A stretch of DNA of 64,000 bases from an uncultured bacterium (GTDB taxonomy: Bacteria > Schekmanbacteria > GWA2-38-11 > J061): positions 32,001 through 96,000 of the forward strand of contig CAZJVM010000001.1 of the NCBI GenBank assembly GCA_964549305.1, given 5' to 3'. Shown here piece after piece: positions 42,430 to 51,972 of the stretch. Both the position numbers and the translations under genes were made by a program. Within the stretch, counting starts at the first letter, position 1. Each line of letters starts with the position of its first letter. Under the pieces are notes generated by a model. That model had not been told where the DNA came from and did no database searches. It saw only the letters and a list, made by a program, of their open reading frames with translations.

Positions 42430-43495
42430 AAATTTTGGTTAGAGCATCGGAACGGTTTAAAAACATCCTAAGCTTGACATATGTAAAATACTTTAAAAGG
42501 GAAAGAAATCTTTTGTTTTTTATGGTGAGAATATAGAGATTTTCAGAATAGTTGGCAAAATTGCTTTTATAAGGTTCGTCTCCTTTTAAAAAATTGTATT
42601 TTTTAACTCCTTCCGCGGAGAGTTTCTCTATGAGTTTTGCAGTAAGAAGAAGACCCGGCGACGCGCGATGGTATTCCTCATTGAATGATGTGTTGTATTC
42701 CCAAACTTCATCACGCAAAGAAAAGCATATTTTATAAGCTATGGGAATTTCACCGAATGACAGAAAGGCAATAAAAATATCCTTCTTTATGACGGATTTA
42801 ATTAATGATGTAAAAAAATCAATATGGTTTTGGTTTTTAAAATAAGGCGATTTTCTTCCCGATAAATTTATGGACACAGCGTCGGTAAGAATTTTCTCAT
42901 TTAAATCGTCTCCTCTATATATTGAAAGTGATACATCTCCGTATTCAGAAGCGATTTTTTCACGCCTTCTGAGGTTTGAGCGAAATTTTGGAGTTAGTTC
43001 GTTCAGATATATATTCCATCCCTCGTGAAATTCCGCGACGGGGCATTTAGAGTAGGGAATAATGTCGGCAGTTATTTTTCCTGTTCTTTGGTTTCGAATG
43101 AAATAATTGCAAAGGAGTGAATCTTCCCTGACGGTTTTAATGAATGCAAAATTCCATTCAGATGAGTTTTTTGAAAGATATGAGCATAGAGCGTCAAGAA
43201 AGGAATTATTGTCGCCATTGACTGAGATAATGTCGATGAAATCACTTTCCGGAAAGCCCGCAGGATAAATTATGCCTGAATCCAACGCGCAGGGAAATAT
43301 ATGAGTTAGATTTCCCTTTGTTTGCCCCGTTACGATAAAAGGCGAAAGACTGCCTTTGCAGTGATTAAACCAGTTGTATACCCATTCATAGGAAAGGAAA
43401 ATGTTTTTAACGCCGGTTTCGGAAAAAAAAGATTTCCACCGTGCTTCAAGTTTTTGTACGTCTTCAAGGGAATCGATGATTTCTATATCAATCAT
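42410..43495 (-). CDS. GNAT-family acyltransferase, CelD/BcsL-like
   Basis: FLSYEW, FRSNLRR, YHRASPGLLL, YNFLKGDEPYK. Confidence 0.8.
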   Translation of the reverse strand: MIDIEIIDSLEDVQKLEARWKSFFSETGVKNIFLSYEWVYNWFNHCKGSLSPFIVTGQTKGNLTHIFPCALDSGIIYPAGFPESDFIDIISVNGDNNSFLDALCSYLSKNSSEWNFAFIKTVREDSLLCNYFIRNQRTGKITADIIPYSKCPVAEFHEGWNIYLNELTPKFRSNLRRREKIASEYGDVSLSIYRGDDLNEKILTDAVSINLSGRKSPYFKNQNHIDFFTSLIKSVIKKDIFIAFLSFGEIPIAYKICFSLRDEVWEYNTSFNEEYHRASPGLLLTAKLIEKLSAEGVKKYNFLKGDEPYKSNFANYSENLYILTIKNKRFLSLLKYFTYVKLRMFLNRSDALTKIYDRLTG

Positions 43496-43740
43496 AATTT
43501 AATGAATAGAATGTTTCTAAATAAATAATTCTATCACAGTAGTTGAGATAAAAAAATGTTTGCCTTTTTTACGGTAATATTTATTACTTTCCGATAGTTG
43601 ATTTTGATAAAAGAAATCCTGAGAGTCAGAAAGCAATATTTGATAAGTATTTAAAAAATGACTTTAATTTCGTACAGCGTTAATGTTAACTTTAAAAAAT
43701 TCTTAGAGTACCAAACAATGATTTATATGAGGAATAATGT

Positions 43741-44043
43741 ATGTCTGAATTAAAGACAAGAAGCTTTGCGAAGGCAATCAGTTGGAGAATTATTGCGTCT
43801 CTGATAACTACGGGACTTGTTTATATTGTTACGGGAAAAATGGCTCTCGCTTTCAGCGTGGGAGCAATAGATGTTGTTGTAAAACTTCTTGCCTATTATA
43901 TTCACGAAAGACTCTGGATGGTGATACCTCTGGGGAAAGTACTGCATCCTCTCGAGGATATTAAAATTTCCAAAGAAATCGATGAAGAGGACAAGGAAAT
44001 TATACGCAGCAAACTCAAGGAACTTGGATATATAGATGATTGA
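43741..44043 (+). CDS. DUF2061 membrane protein with C-terminal LKELGY tail
   Basis: RSFAKAISWRIIAS…YYIHERLW signature; tail EEDKEIIRSKLKELGYIDD. Confidence 0.8.
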   Translation: MSELKTRSFAKAISWRIIASLITTGLVYIVTGKMALAFSVGAIDVVVKLLAYYIHERLWMVIPLGKVLHPLEDIKISKEIDEEDKEIIRSKLKELGYIDD

Positions 44044-44071
44044 AAAATCTTATTTAGCGAAAGGGAATTGT

Positions 44072-44374
44072 ATGAAAATCAATATGCTAACGGCAGTTAT
44101 TCTTCTTATTTCTCTGTCACTTATGTTTTCGGGATGCGTTTTCCTCAATATACAGACTCCCCTTGACAAGAATTATGATGAAACGGACCTTGGCACCAAA
44201 ACAGGCAGGGCGGAAGCGACTATGATAATGGGATTAGTTGCATGGGGTGATGCCGGCACGAAAGCGGCTGCAGATAACGGCGGCATAAAGATAATAAAAC
44301 ACGCAGACAGAGAGTTGTTCGTAGTATGCTTCGGGCTTTACACGAAGATTACCACGGTGGTCTATGGTGATTAA
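44072..44374 (+). CDS. TRL-like family lipoprotein (ORF track start 44036)
   Basis: Lipobox FSG|C; GLVAWGDAG…AAADNGGIKIIKHAD…TTVVYGD. Confidence 0.75.
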   Translation: MKINMLTAVILLISLSLMFSGCVFLNIQTPLDKNYDETDLGTKTGRAEATMIMGLVAWGDAGTKAAADNGGIKIIKHADRELFVVCFGLYTKITTVVYGD

Positions 44375-44702
44375 AAATACTATGTCAATTCTTCTTTTTA
44401 TCACTCTGATATTCATTCAGGGGTGCGGACTTCTCTATTCGAATGTCGTCATGCCCCAAAGCGTTGATTTCGACAATACTGTGGTCAGTGAAAAATCCTG
44501 TGAATTGAAGTCATATGGCGTAAGAATCCCAATATTCCTGACGGGGGGAAGGTTTAGAATCAGCGCTAAGTGGAGTACCGATGACATCAGAAAAGCGGCT
44601 GAGGAATCGGGCATAAAGAATATAGCATTTACGGAAATGCGCGAATTTTCGCTTTTCTTCGGTTCCTTTTCAAAAAGCACTCTTGTGATTTACGGCAACT
44701 GA
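44364..44702 (+). CDS. Second TRL-like lipoprotein
   Basis: Lipobox IQG|C; KAAEESGIKNI…TLVIYGN matches the preceding gene. Confidence 0.65.
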   Translation: MVIKNTMSILLFITLIFIQGCGLLYSNVVMPQSVDFDNTVVSEKSCELKSYGVRIPIFLTGGRFRISAKWSTDDIRKAAEESGIKNIAFTEMREFSLFFGSFSKSTLVIYGN

Positions 44703-44735
44703 TTTTGTGCCGAAATTTTTCTCCGGTGACTGAAA

Positions 44736-45164
44736 TTGAAAATCGAAATAACTTCCCGCCTGTATATCTACGAATATGAGTTGGAGGAGAAATTCGTAAG
44801 AGCATCTGGCCCGGGAGGGCAGAAAGTCAATAAAACATCTTCGGCAGTCCACCTTTTCTTTAAGATCAGTGAGAATTCCACACTTCCCGCATATGTTAAA
44901 AAAAACCTTCTCGAAATGAGTGGCAAAAAAGTGAGCAGTGACGGCGTGCTTACAATCAAAGCAATGCGCTATAAATCTCTTGATAAAAACAGAGATGACG
45001 CGTTGGAAAGACTAAAAAAAATCATAAGAGATGCCGCACGAAAACAAAAAGTCAGAAAAGAAACAAAGCCGTCAAAACAATCAAGGGAAAAAAGGATGAA
45101 AGAGAAGAAAATGAAATCTGAATTAAAGAAACTGAGGCAGAAGAAGATGCCGGAAGAAATATAG
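44736..45164 (+). CDS. arfB: Alternative ribosome rescue factor ArfB (YaeJ)
   Basis: RASGPGGQKVNKTSSAV; basic C-terminal tail RKETKPSKQSREKR. Confidence 0.92.
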   Translation: MKIEITSRLYIYEYELEEKFVRASGPGGQKVNKTSSAVHLFFKISENSTLPAYVKKNLLEMSGKKVSSDGVLTIKAMRYKSLDKNRDDALERLKKIIRDAARKQKVRKETKPSKQSREKRMKEKKMKSELKKLRQKKMPEEI

Positions 45165-45197
45165 AATAGACCATACTCAGACACCTTACCGGATTGT

Positions 45198-45446
45198 TTA
45201 ATACATAAAATCGATTGCCGCCTCTACGCCTTTTTCGTAGACTGCCCGAAAATACAAGGCGACTGCCGAAATCAACGAAAGCCCGCTAAAATGCGCGGTA
45301 AAAGCCAGCAGGAAAATTTCGCTTTTCGGAATTAAGAAAACAGAAAGAAACGATATGACAAATATCGTGAATATTATCTTGCTCCAGAATAGCTTAATTT
45401 CCCAATATTTTTTAAAACTCTCTGTCTCGGGGTTTTCAACTTTCAT
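45198..45446 (-). CDS. Small hypothetical membrane protein
   Basis: 82 aa, two hydrophobic segments, fills the gap co-directional with the upstream epimerase. Confidence 0.45.
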   Translation of the reverse strand: MKVENPETESFKKYWEIKLFWSKIIFTIFVISFLSVFLIPKSEIFLLAFTAHFSGLSLISAVALYFRAVYEKGVEAAIDFMY

Positions 45447-45537
45447 TTATTTCTCAGCTTTTCAACGTGATTATGTTAGAGCCCTAAAAAGTAAATATTT
45501 TGGGTTTTGTCAAGATATTTATCGAAGAAATCTGCCT

Positions 45538-46464
45538 TTATTGAGACAATATTTCAGAAATAATATCTTTTGTTCCGTACTTGGGTTTGCCGAGAGTATT
45601 AACTGTTTTTGATACATCCCTGAAGAAATCGTAACCGAGGAGTTTTACGAAAAGCGGGGGAATAGGGGATAGACCAAGTTTCCAGAGGAGTCCCACCAGA
45701 AAAAGTACCGGTTTTTCGGGAAGGTTAATAGGAGATGCTTTTTTACCTCCCATCTCTGCGGCATATGAATAAATTTCCGTAAGTGACATACGGTCTTCGG
45801 CGCCGATGTCAAAGATTCCGTTTTTGCCTATCGCATTGTAGCACCAGTCGATTACGTCATCCACGTGGACAAGTTGAATGGGTGGGTTTTTGCCTCTGAG
45901 TTTCATAAATCTGCCGTTTTTTGATGTGCTTTTTATCATATCACCCATACCGGGACCTCCACCCCTGAAGCAAACAATGGCGAATCTCATTATTGCCACA
46001 TTGAGTCCTTCCTTCTCTGCCGCGTTGAGAAACATATCTTCCGCTTCAACCTTATCCCTTGCGTAAGAGTCATCTGCGGGATTCAGATAATTTCTCTCTC
46101 TGTCGTAAATCCCCCCTTTTCCGTTTAGGTCGCCGTAAACTCTTTCACTGCTTGCAAATACAATGTCCTTGATTCCGCACTTTAGGGCCGAGTTAATGAT
46201 GTTTTTTGACCCGTTTATATCAATATCCCTTCTGAGAGCGGGTTCCATTTTGGGGTTTGTACAGAATGCCATATGGATGATTGAATCTACATTTTTCTCT
46301 TTCATCAGCTTTTCAACAGCAGTGTCGCGAACATCCATTTTTATAATACCGGGGAGGGCGTCGGTTTCCTTATAGTCGATTCCTGTAAATTCGATATTTC
46401 GTTCAGTAAAAATCTGTGCCATTCTCATTCCTATAAAACCGCCTATACCGGTTATAAGTATCAT
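45538..46464 (-). CDS. NAD-dependent epimerase/dehydratase (extended SDR)
   Basis: ITGIGGFIG, ASSERVYG, YARDK, QLVHVDDV. Confidence 0.85.
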   Translation of the reverse strand: MILITGIGGFIGMRMAQIFTERNIEFTGIDYKETDALPGIIKMDVRDTAVEKLMKEKNVDSIIHMAFCTNPKMEPALRRDIDINGSKNIINSALKCGIKDIVFASSERVYGDLNGKGGIYDRERNYLNPADDSYARDKVEAEDMFLNAAEKEGLNVAIMRFAIVCFRGGGPGMGDMIKSTSKNGRFMKLRGKNPPIQLVHVDDVIDWCYNAIGKNGIFDIGAEDRMSLTEIYSYAAEMGGKKASPINLPEKPVLFLVGLLWKLGLSPIPPLFVKLLGYDFFRDVSKTVNTLGKPKYGTKDIISEILSQ

Positions 46465-46485
46465 TCGTTATCTCCTTTTGAATAT

Positions 46486-47526
46486 TTACGAGGACAAAAA
46501 GTCTATATTCCCGGAAAACTTGAGCATCAGTGTTTCAATGTTGTCAAAATCGTTTACAACTATTCGTTTAAGCATGAGCGTGTTGTCATTGGGCGAGTTT
46601 ATTCCAAAAACAGTTGAACAGCAAATATTATAGTCAAGTTCATTTAATATTTCTTTGTTCACGTATTTGAAATATTTTTTACCTCCGAAAGGCATAGCAA
46701 AGGAAGTAACTTCATTGCCCGATACTTTTTCGAGAATGTTTTTTGAAATTTTTAATTCCTTTGAAATGTCATTTGCGGAAATCAGGGAAAAATCACAGTG
46801 CGAATGACTATGGGAGGCAATTTCGAAAAGGGGAATCGCCATACTCTTGACATCCTCTTTCGAGAGATAATAGTCATTGACATATTCTGCAACGAAATCT
46901 TTTCCGGAAAGCTTTTGGAAAATCTTTTTGCGCGCGGCATCAGGAATTGAAAGTATATGATTTGCAATGTCCTTTGGATTCCACTCTTTTCGGAAAGGTA
47001 TCATTTTGCTCTCTGAAAGACAGGATATGGCTTTCTCAACCAAATTATCATCTGTGAGAAGCGCTTCGGTTTTGACAAAATCGGGAATGATACTTCTTTC
47101 AAGGATTCCGGTAGTAATGAAAAAAGTTGCAGGTATATCCTTACTGGCGAGATAGGGGATTGCCGTATCCCTGAGGTTTTTATAACCATCATCGAATGTT
47201 ATTGCGGCAAGAGGTCTTGCGCTTTTATTGGGGGTACTTCCCCTTATGGCATCGGCGACAGTTTTTAAGGGAACGATTTTAAAATATTTTCTAATTAGAT
47301 TGATTTGCTCTTTAAATGATTTCTGAGTAATATTTGTAGAAAAAGCAGTATATTCGGCACTGTTGCTGTTCTCTTCACATATTCCGTGATAAGCGAGTAT
47401 GAGAAATGAATCGAAGGGCAGTTTCCTTAGGGAGTTTTCGAGGAATCCGCGTTGAAAATATCCTTTCAGTAATTTTCCCGTAAATTCAGTAATTCTTTTT
47501 TCGTTATTTCTCAGAAATTTGCGCAT
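46486..47526 (-). CDS. Polysaccharide deacetylase (CE4/NodB)
   Basis: LAYHG, ITFDDGY, PATFFI, ASHSHSH, FAMPFG. Confidence 0.88.
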   Translation of the reverse strand: MRKFLRNNEKRITEFTGKLLKGYFQRGFLENSLRKLPFDSFLILAYHGICEENSNSAEYTAFSTNITQKSFKEQINLIRKYFKIVPLKTVADAIRGSTPNKSARPLAAITFDDGYKNLRDTAIPYLASKDIPATFFITTGILERSIIPDFVKTEALLTDDNLVEKAISCLSESKMIPFRKEWNPKDIANHILSIPDAARKKIFQKLSGKDFVAEYVNDYYLSKEDVKSMAIPLFEIASHSHSHCDFSLISANDISKELKISKNILEKVSGNEVTSFAMPFGGKKYFKYVNKEILNELDYNICCSTVFGINSPNDNTLMLKRIVVNDFDNIETLMLKFSGNIDFLSS

Positions 47527-47532
47527 TTCAGG

Positions 47533-48444
47533 TTAATAATAAATCCTTCCCCATAGTAACTTGATTTTTTTGACGGTTTCTTTTGAAAGAGTCTTATTGC
47601 TTTTAAGAGATTCCGACACATTTCTTATTCCGTCAAACAATCCGTTTATAAAAAAGATAAAAGACCGGTTTTTGACGCTTTCAATAAAAACAAATATCGT
47701 CCAGAGGAAACTGTGACAAAACGCGTACCTAAGGGGAAGATATTTGAAGACAAGAGTTATACGGTTTCTGATGAGATAATATGACCGCTGTTTCTCTCTC
47801 TCTTCGTTTTCGGAAAGGTAGTGGTTGATTGTAACTGATGGAGAAAAGATTATCTTCATGTTTTTTTCCATCATCATAAAGGAGTAATCCAATTCCTCAC
47901 ATCCGAAGAAATATTCTTCAGGAAGAAAGCCGATTATTTCGAATACCTCACGTCTGAATGCGCTTGCACCTCCGAAAAAATAAGAACATTCGCGCTCCCT
48001 TTTCACTGCTTTCCCTCTGCGGAAGGGATATCCCCCGTGATCATAATCTGTATTGGAGTCATTCAAACTACAGTTTGATATTGCGAAGGTGAATGCGCTT
48101 ACATCGGGATATCTGTCAAATAATTCCGCGATATCACTGAGAGCGTTGTCTGAGGAAAAATCCGCATCATCGTCTATGAAAACAACATATTCACCGCTTG
48201 CCTTCGATATTCCGAGATTTCTTCCTCCTGCAACTCCCCTGTTGGTGTCGCTGCGCACTACGGATGTTTCACGTAAGTCTTCAATCGGCAGATGTCCGTC
48301 TATGCCGTTTTTAACGAGGACGATTTCAATATTTGTATATGTCTGCTTTTGCAGATTTTCGGCGAGATTAGTTATTTCCGTCATCCTTTTTAAAGATGAA
48401 ACGCTTACTATAATAGAGATAAGAGGTGGTTGGGAACTATTCAT
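47533..48444 (-). CDS. Glycosyltransferase family 2
   Basis: NRGVAGGRNLG, FIDDD, GCEELD. Confidence 0.9.
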   Translation of the reverse strand: MNSSQPPLISIIVSVSSLKRMTEITNLAENLQKQTYTNIEIVLVKNGIDGHLPIEDLRETSVVRSDTNRGVAGGRNLGISKASGEYVVFIDDDADFSSDNALSDIAELFDRYPDVSAFTFAISNCSLNDSNTDYDHGGYPFRRGKAVKRERECSYFFGGASAFRREVFEIIGFLPEEYFFGCEELDYSFMMMEKNMKIIFSPSVTINHYLSENEEREKQRSYYLIRNRITLVFKYLPLRYAFCHSFLWTIFVFIESVKNRSFIFFINGLFDGIRNVSESLKSNKTLSKETVKKIKLLWGRIYY

Positions 48445-48647
48445 ATTTTTATGTTTTTAAAAGAATTATTTTATTTCTTCATTTTAAAAAAATAAATTAA
48501 CAATTGAAAAGGAATTTTGATAAATACCTTCGGACAATCTTATTTTCTGAATATGTTTGGTTATCATTAATAATTACGTTATCATCAAAACATACTTGTG
48601 CTACACTAAACATTTTACAGATGACGATCTAATTGAATTGAAGAGAT

Positions 48648-50558
48648 TTGACCGATATGGAAGATCCAAATATATTTACTGTCTATTTTGAAACAGTAAG
48701 GGCATTGGTTACCGGAATGGTATTCCTTTATCTGTTGTGGGTTGACAGAAAGGATGATTTCAGGGAATGGGACGGATGGTTATATCTGTTAAACGGTTTT
48801 TTCTTTCTTACATTTGCCACAGCCATTGACATAACCGACAATTATCAGTCACTGGAAAAATACATCATTATAGGTCCGACACTTGCAGAGTCATTTCTTG
48901 AGAAAATATTAGGATATCTTTTGGGAACCGTGCTTCTTGCTGTTGGTTTCTTCAAGTTTATGCCGGTTATTTCCAACCTCAAAAGAGAAACAAGCGCGAG
49001 GGAAAAAGCGGAAGAATTTGCCCAAAGCGTACTTAGCAGTGTGGATGAAGGATTTATCGTTATTGACCGGCAATACAGAATACTTTCCGCAAACGATTCT
49101 TTTTTGGAACGGGTCAATATGAAATCAGAAGATGTGATGGGAAAAAGGTGTTACGAAATATCGCATCATATTCAAAGACCCTGTTATGAGGAAGGAGAGG
49201 AGTGCGCGGTAAAAAATACATTTAATACCGGGAAACCTCACACAGCGATTCATCAGCATTTTCAAAATGACGGAAGGACTTTTTACGTGGAGATAAAGTC
49301 TTATCCCCTAAAAGTGGAAAACGGAGAGGTGAAGTCTGTAATCGAGGTTTTAAACGACATTACAGATAAAAAAAATCTCGAGGAGCAATTGCTCCACGCT
49401 CAAAAACTTGAAGCAGTGGGACAGATTTCCGGAGGTATTGCTCACGATTTCAATAATTTTTTAACAGCAATTATTGGATATGCAAAAGCGATTAAAACGA
49501 AGGGGAAAACCGCCGGGCAGATTGACAGATACGCAGACAATATTATTTTAGCGTCGAAGAAAGGCGCATCTCTTACAAGAAGTCTTCTTATATTCAGCAG
49601 GAAGGGAATTATTGAAACGGCACCCGTATCTCTGAATGATATTGTTTCTGAAATGACTGAACTTTTCAAGGTTGTCGTGAGCAAAAAGATAAAACTCGAG
49701 ATAGAATTGCATAATGAGGAAATTATGATAATGGCCGACAAGGGACAGATTGAGCAGGTTGTGATGAATCTCGTGACAAACGCAAATGACGCTATGTCTG
49801 AGGGAGGAAAACTCACAATAAAGACTGCCTTTGTAAAACTCGGCGAGGAGTTCATTAAGGCACATAATCTTGAACATTCTGACAGATTTGGGCTTCTCAC
49901 AGTAAAAGACGAAGGCGAGGGTATAGATGAAGAAAGAAAATCAAAAATATTCGAGCCATTTTACACAACAAAACCTGTTGGCAAAGGGACGGGATTGGGA
50001 CTTTCAATGGTCTATGGAATTGTCAAACAGCATAAGGGATATATTAATGTGGAGAGTAAATTGAATCAGGGGACAAAATTTTATGTATATTTTCCTGAAA
50101 CGGAACTGAAACCGGATTTACCGGAATCTATCTCTGATAACTCCATAAGCGGAAACGGAGAAACAATTCTTTTAGCTGAGGATGACGAGCATATCAGGCG
50201 ACTTATGCGTAACTGCCTGTGCGAATTTGGTTATGATGTCATCGACGCACCTGACGGAAACAGAGCGGTGAGCCTGTTTATTCAGAGAAAAGATGATATA
50301 AATCTTGTCATAGTCGATTATATGATGCCCGGAAAAACAGGCAATAAGGTTTGCAGTGAAATTAAAGCGATGAAGAATGATATCAACATTCTTCTGATAA
50401 GCGGTTATGCCGCCGATGTGATTGACGGACTCAAGGATGATATAGGCGATGCAAATATAATGTATAAGCCTGTTTTTCCTGAAAAACTGCTTGCAAAGGT
50501 AAAACAGATTTTGAAGAAAAAGAGGGATACTTCCCCGGTAAGTGAAACCTTCAATTAA
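48648..50558 (+). CDS. Hybrid sensor histidine kinase (TM sensor, PAS, HisKA, HATPase, receiver)
   Basis: AQKLEAVGQISGGIAHDFNN, FEPFYTTKPVGKGTGLGL, ILLAEDD…DYMMP. Confidence 0.93.
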   Translation: MTDMEDPNIFTVYFETVRALVTGMVFLYLLWVDRKDDFREWDGWLYLLNGFFFLTFATAIDITDNYQSLEKYIIIGPTLAESFLEKILGYLLGTVLLAVGFFKFMPVISNLKRETSAREKAEEFAQSVLSSVDEGFIVIDRQYRILSANDSFLERVNMKSEDVMGKRCYEISHHIQRPCYEEGEECAVKNTFNTGKPHTAIHQHFQNDGRTFYVEIKSYPLKVENGEVKSVIEVLNDITDKKNLEEQLLHAQKLEAVGQISGGIAHDFNNFLTAIIGYAKAIKTKGKTAGQIDRYADNIILASKKGASLTRSLLIFSRKGIIETAPVSLNDIVSEMTELFKVVVSKKIKLEIELHNEEIMIMADKGQIEQVVMNLVTNANDAMSEGGKLTIKTAFVKLGEEFIKAHNLEHSDRFGLLTVKDEGEGIDEERKSKIFEPFYTTKPVGKGTGLGLSMVYGIVKQHKGYINVESKLNQGTKFYVYFPETELKPDLPESISDNSISGNGETILLAEDDEHIRRLMRNCLCEFGYDVIDAPDGNRAVSLFIQRKDDINLVIVDYMMPGKTGNKVCSEIKAMKNDINILLISGYAADVIDGLKDDIGDANIMYKPVFPEKLLAKVKQILKKKRDTSPVSETFN

Positions 50559-50559
50559 A

Positions 50560-51954
50560 TTACTTGTCCTGCGTCAAAGTCTGAGCATATTTTTTCGGAA
50601 GTCTGACTACCTCAAAAAGAGTGGCGATAAGTTCTTTGTTCTTTCCTGCCCTGTTTGGATTGTAAAACTCCCAGACAATTTCCCCGGAAGAAGTGATTTC
50701 AAAGGCACGACCGCTGTTAGATTCCGTAATGAGTGTATTGCCGTTTAAAAGGCGTTGATTCGTTCCGCAATATTCACTGTAAAAAGGTTGTCCTATATCT
50801 TCCCCGTAACTCCATTTTATCTGAAGGGAAAATGGGTCAAATTCTATGATTTGTGAAAAGTCTTTTTTGCTCATATTGTCAAAAAGAAGAATATTGCCGT
50901 TATCGAGAAGTGTCGCTTCGTGTTGTCTGTGCCATTGTCCCGTAAGCGCCCACACAACTTTTTCCGCCTTGATGTCTATTACGGCGATTATGTCGGTATT
51001 GCGCATAGATATGAGGACATTGCCATTGTGAAATACGGAGTTTTCCCTCTCGATACCTGTATTAATGTATTGAATAGAATTTGTGTGAAACAAGTCGCCG
51101 AATAGAGGCAGAGAATTAAGGAAGGGCGAAAATGAAGAATTTTCGAATGCCTCTAAAATAGATATTCTCTTTATTTCTTTTCCGTCGGGATTCAATATTA
51201 TAATATATTCGTCGAGCACATTTCGAGTCCTGTTGATTCTCTCTATATTTTTTTCCTTTCTTCCAAGAAGGTATATGTTGCCCTTTTCGTCTATATCAAG
51301 ATCATGATGAGCGCCGCAATTTAATTTCCATAAAAGCTTCGAGTTCTTATCAATCCTGATGATTCCGTACCCTTCGTATATGGCGAGCAGGTCGCCGTTT
51401 TCAAAGAGATGTATCCTTCTCCAGTAATCGAGGTCACTTTTGCTTTGCACTTCCAGTTTGGTATAGGTTGCGCCGGGAAATGCCTTGTCAAAATCGTAGT
51501 GCCATCGGTGGATGACATTGCCATCCATATCAATCATAAACGCTTCGGGGGAATGTCCTGAATTGTACAGGTTGACGCCGTCAAACGCCTCTTTCTTGTC
51601 ATAGACAGTCACATTTATTCTGCTATCGGCTTTCTTGTATCCGCTTAAATATCCGATGCTTTTCAGATTGTCGAGCGCTTCTCTCTCTTTTTTAGATGTG
51701 CCGCTTTCTTCGCCCGGCGAAGTATCCGCCTTTTGCCACCAACCGCCAAGTCCGTATTCGTCGTTAATCTTTTCTCTCGGAGGAATATAGGGTTTGTAGT
51801 TTTTCTTTTTGGGGGTTTCAAAGACTCTCATAAGGAGAGAATAGGGGAACACTTTGTTTTTATAACAGATAAATCCGGCAAAAAATGATGCTGATAACGC
51901 GATAACTGCAAGAAGCACAGCGATTAGTTTTCCTGTTTTAAGCGATGACGCCAT
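50560..51954 (-). CDS. Arylsulfotransferase (ASST) family protein, membrane-anchored
   Basis: N-terminal TM; beta-propeller with AHHDL, DLFHTNS, QHEA..LDNGNILLFDN, RLLNGNTLITE. Confidence 0.8.
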   Translation of the reverse strand: MASSLKTGKLIAVLLAVIALSASFFAGFICYKNKVFPYSLLMRVFETPKKKNYKPYIPPREKINDEYGLGGWWQKADTSPGEESGTSKKEREALDNLKSIGYLSGYKKADSRINVTVYDKKEAFDGVNLYNSGHSPEAFMIDMDGNVIHRWHYDFDKAFPGATYTKLEVQSKSDLDYWRRIHLFENGDLLAIYEGYGIIRIDKNSKLLWKLNCGAHHDLDIDEKGNIYLLGRKEKNIERINRTRNVLDEYIIILNPDGKEIKRISILEAFENSSFSPFLNSLPLFGDLFHTNSIQYINTGIERENSVFHNGNVLISMRNTDIIAVIDIKAEKVVWALTGQWHRQHEATLLDNGNILLFDNMSKKDFSQIIEFDPFSLQIKWSYGEDIGQPFYSEYCGTNQRLLNGNTLITESNSGRAFEITSSGEIVWEFYNPNRAGKNKELIATLFEVVRLPKKYAQTLTQDK

Positions 51955-51972
51955 TATTAATTATAATTCCCG

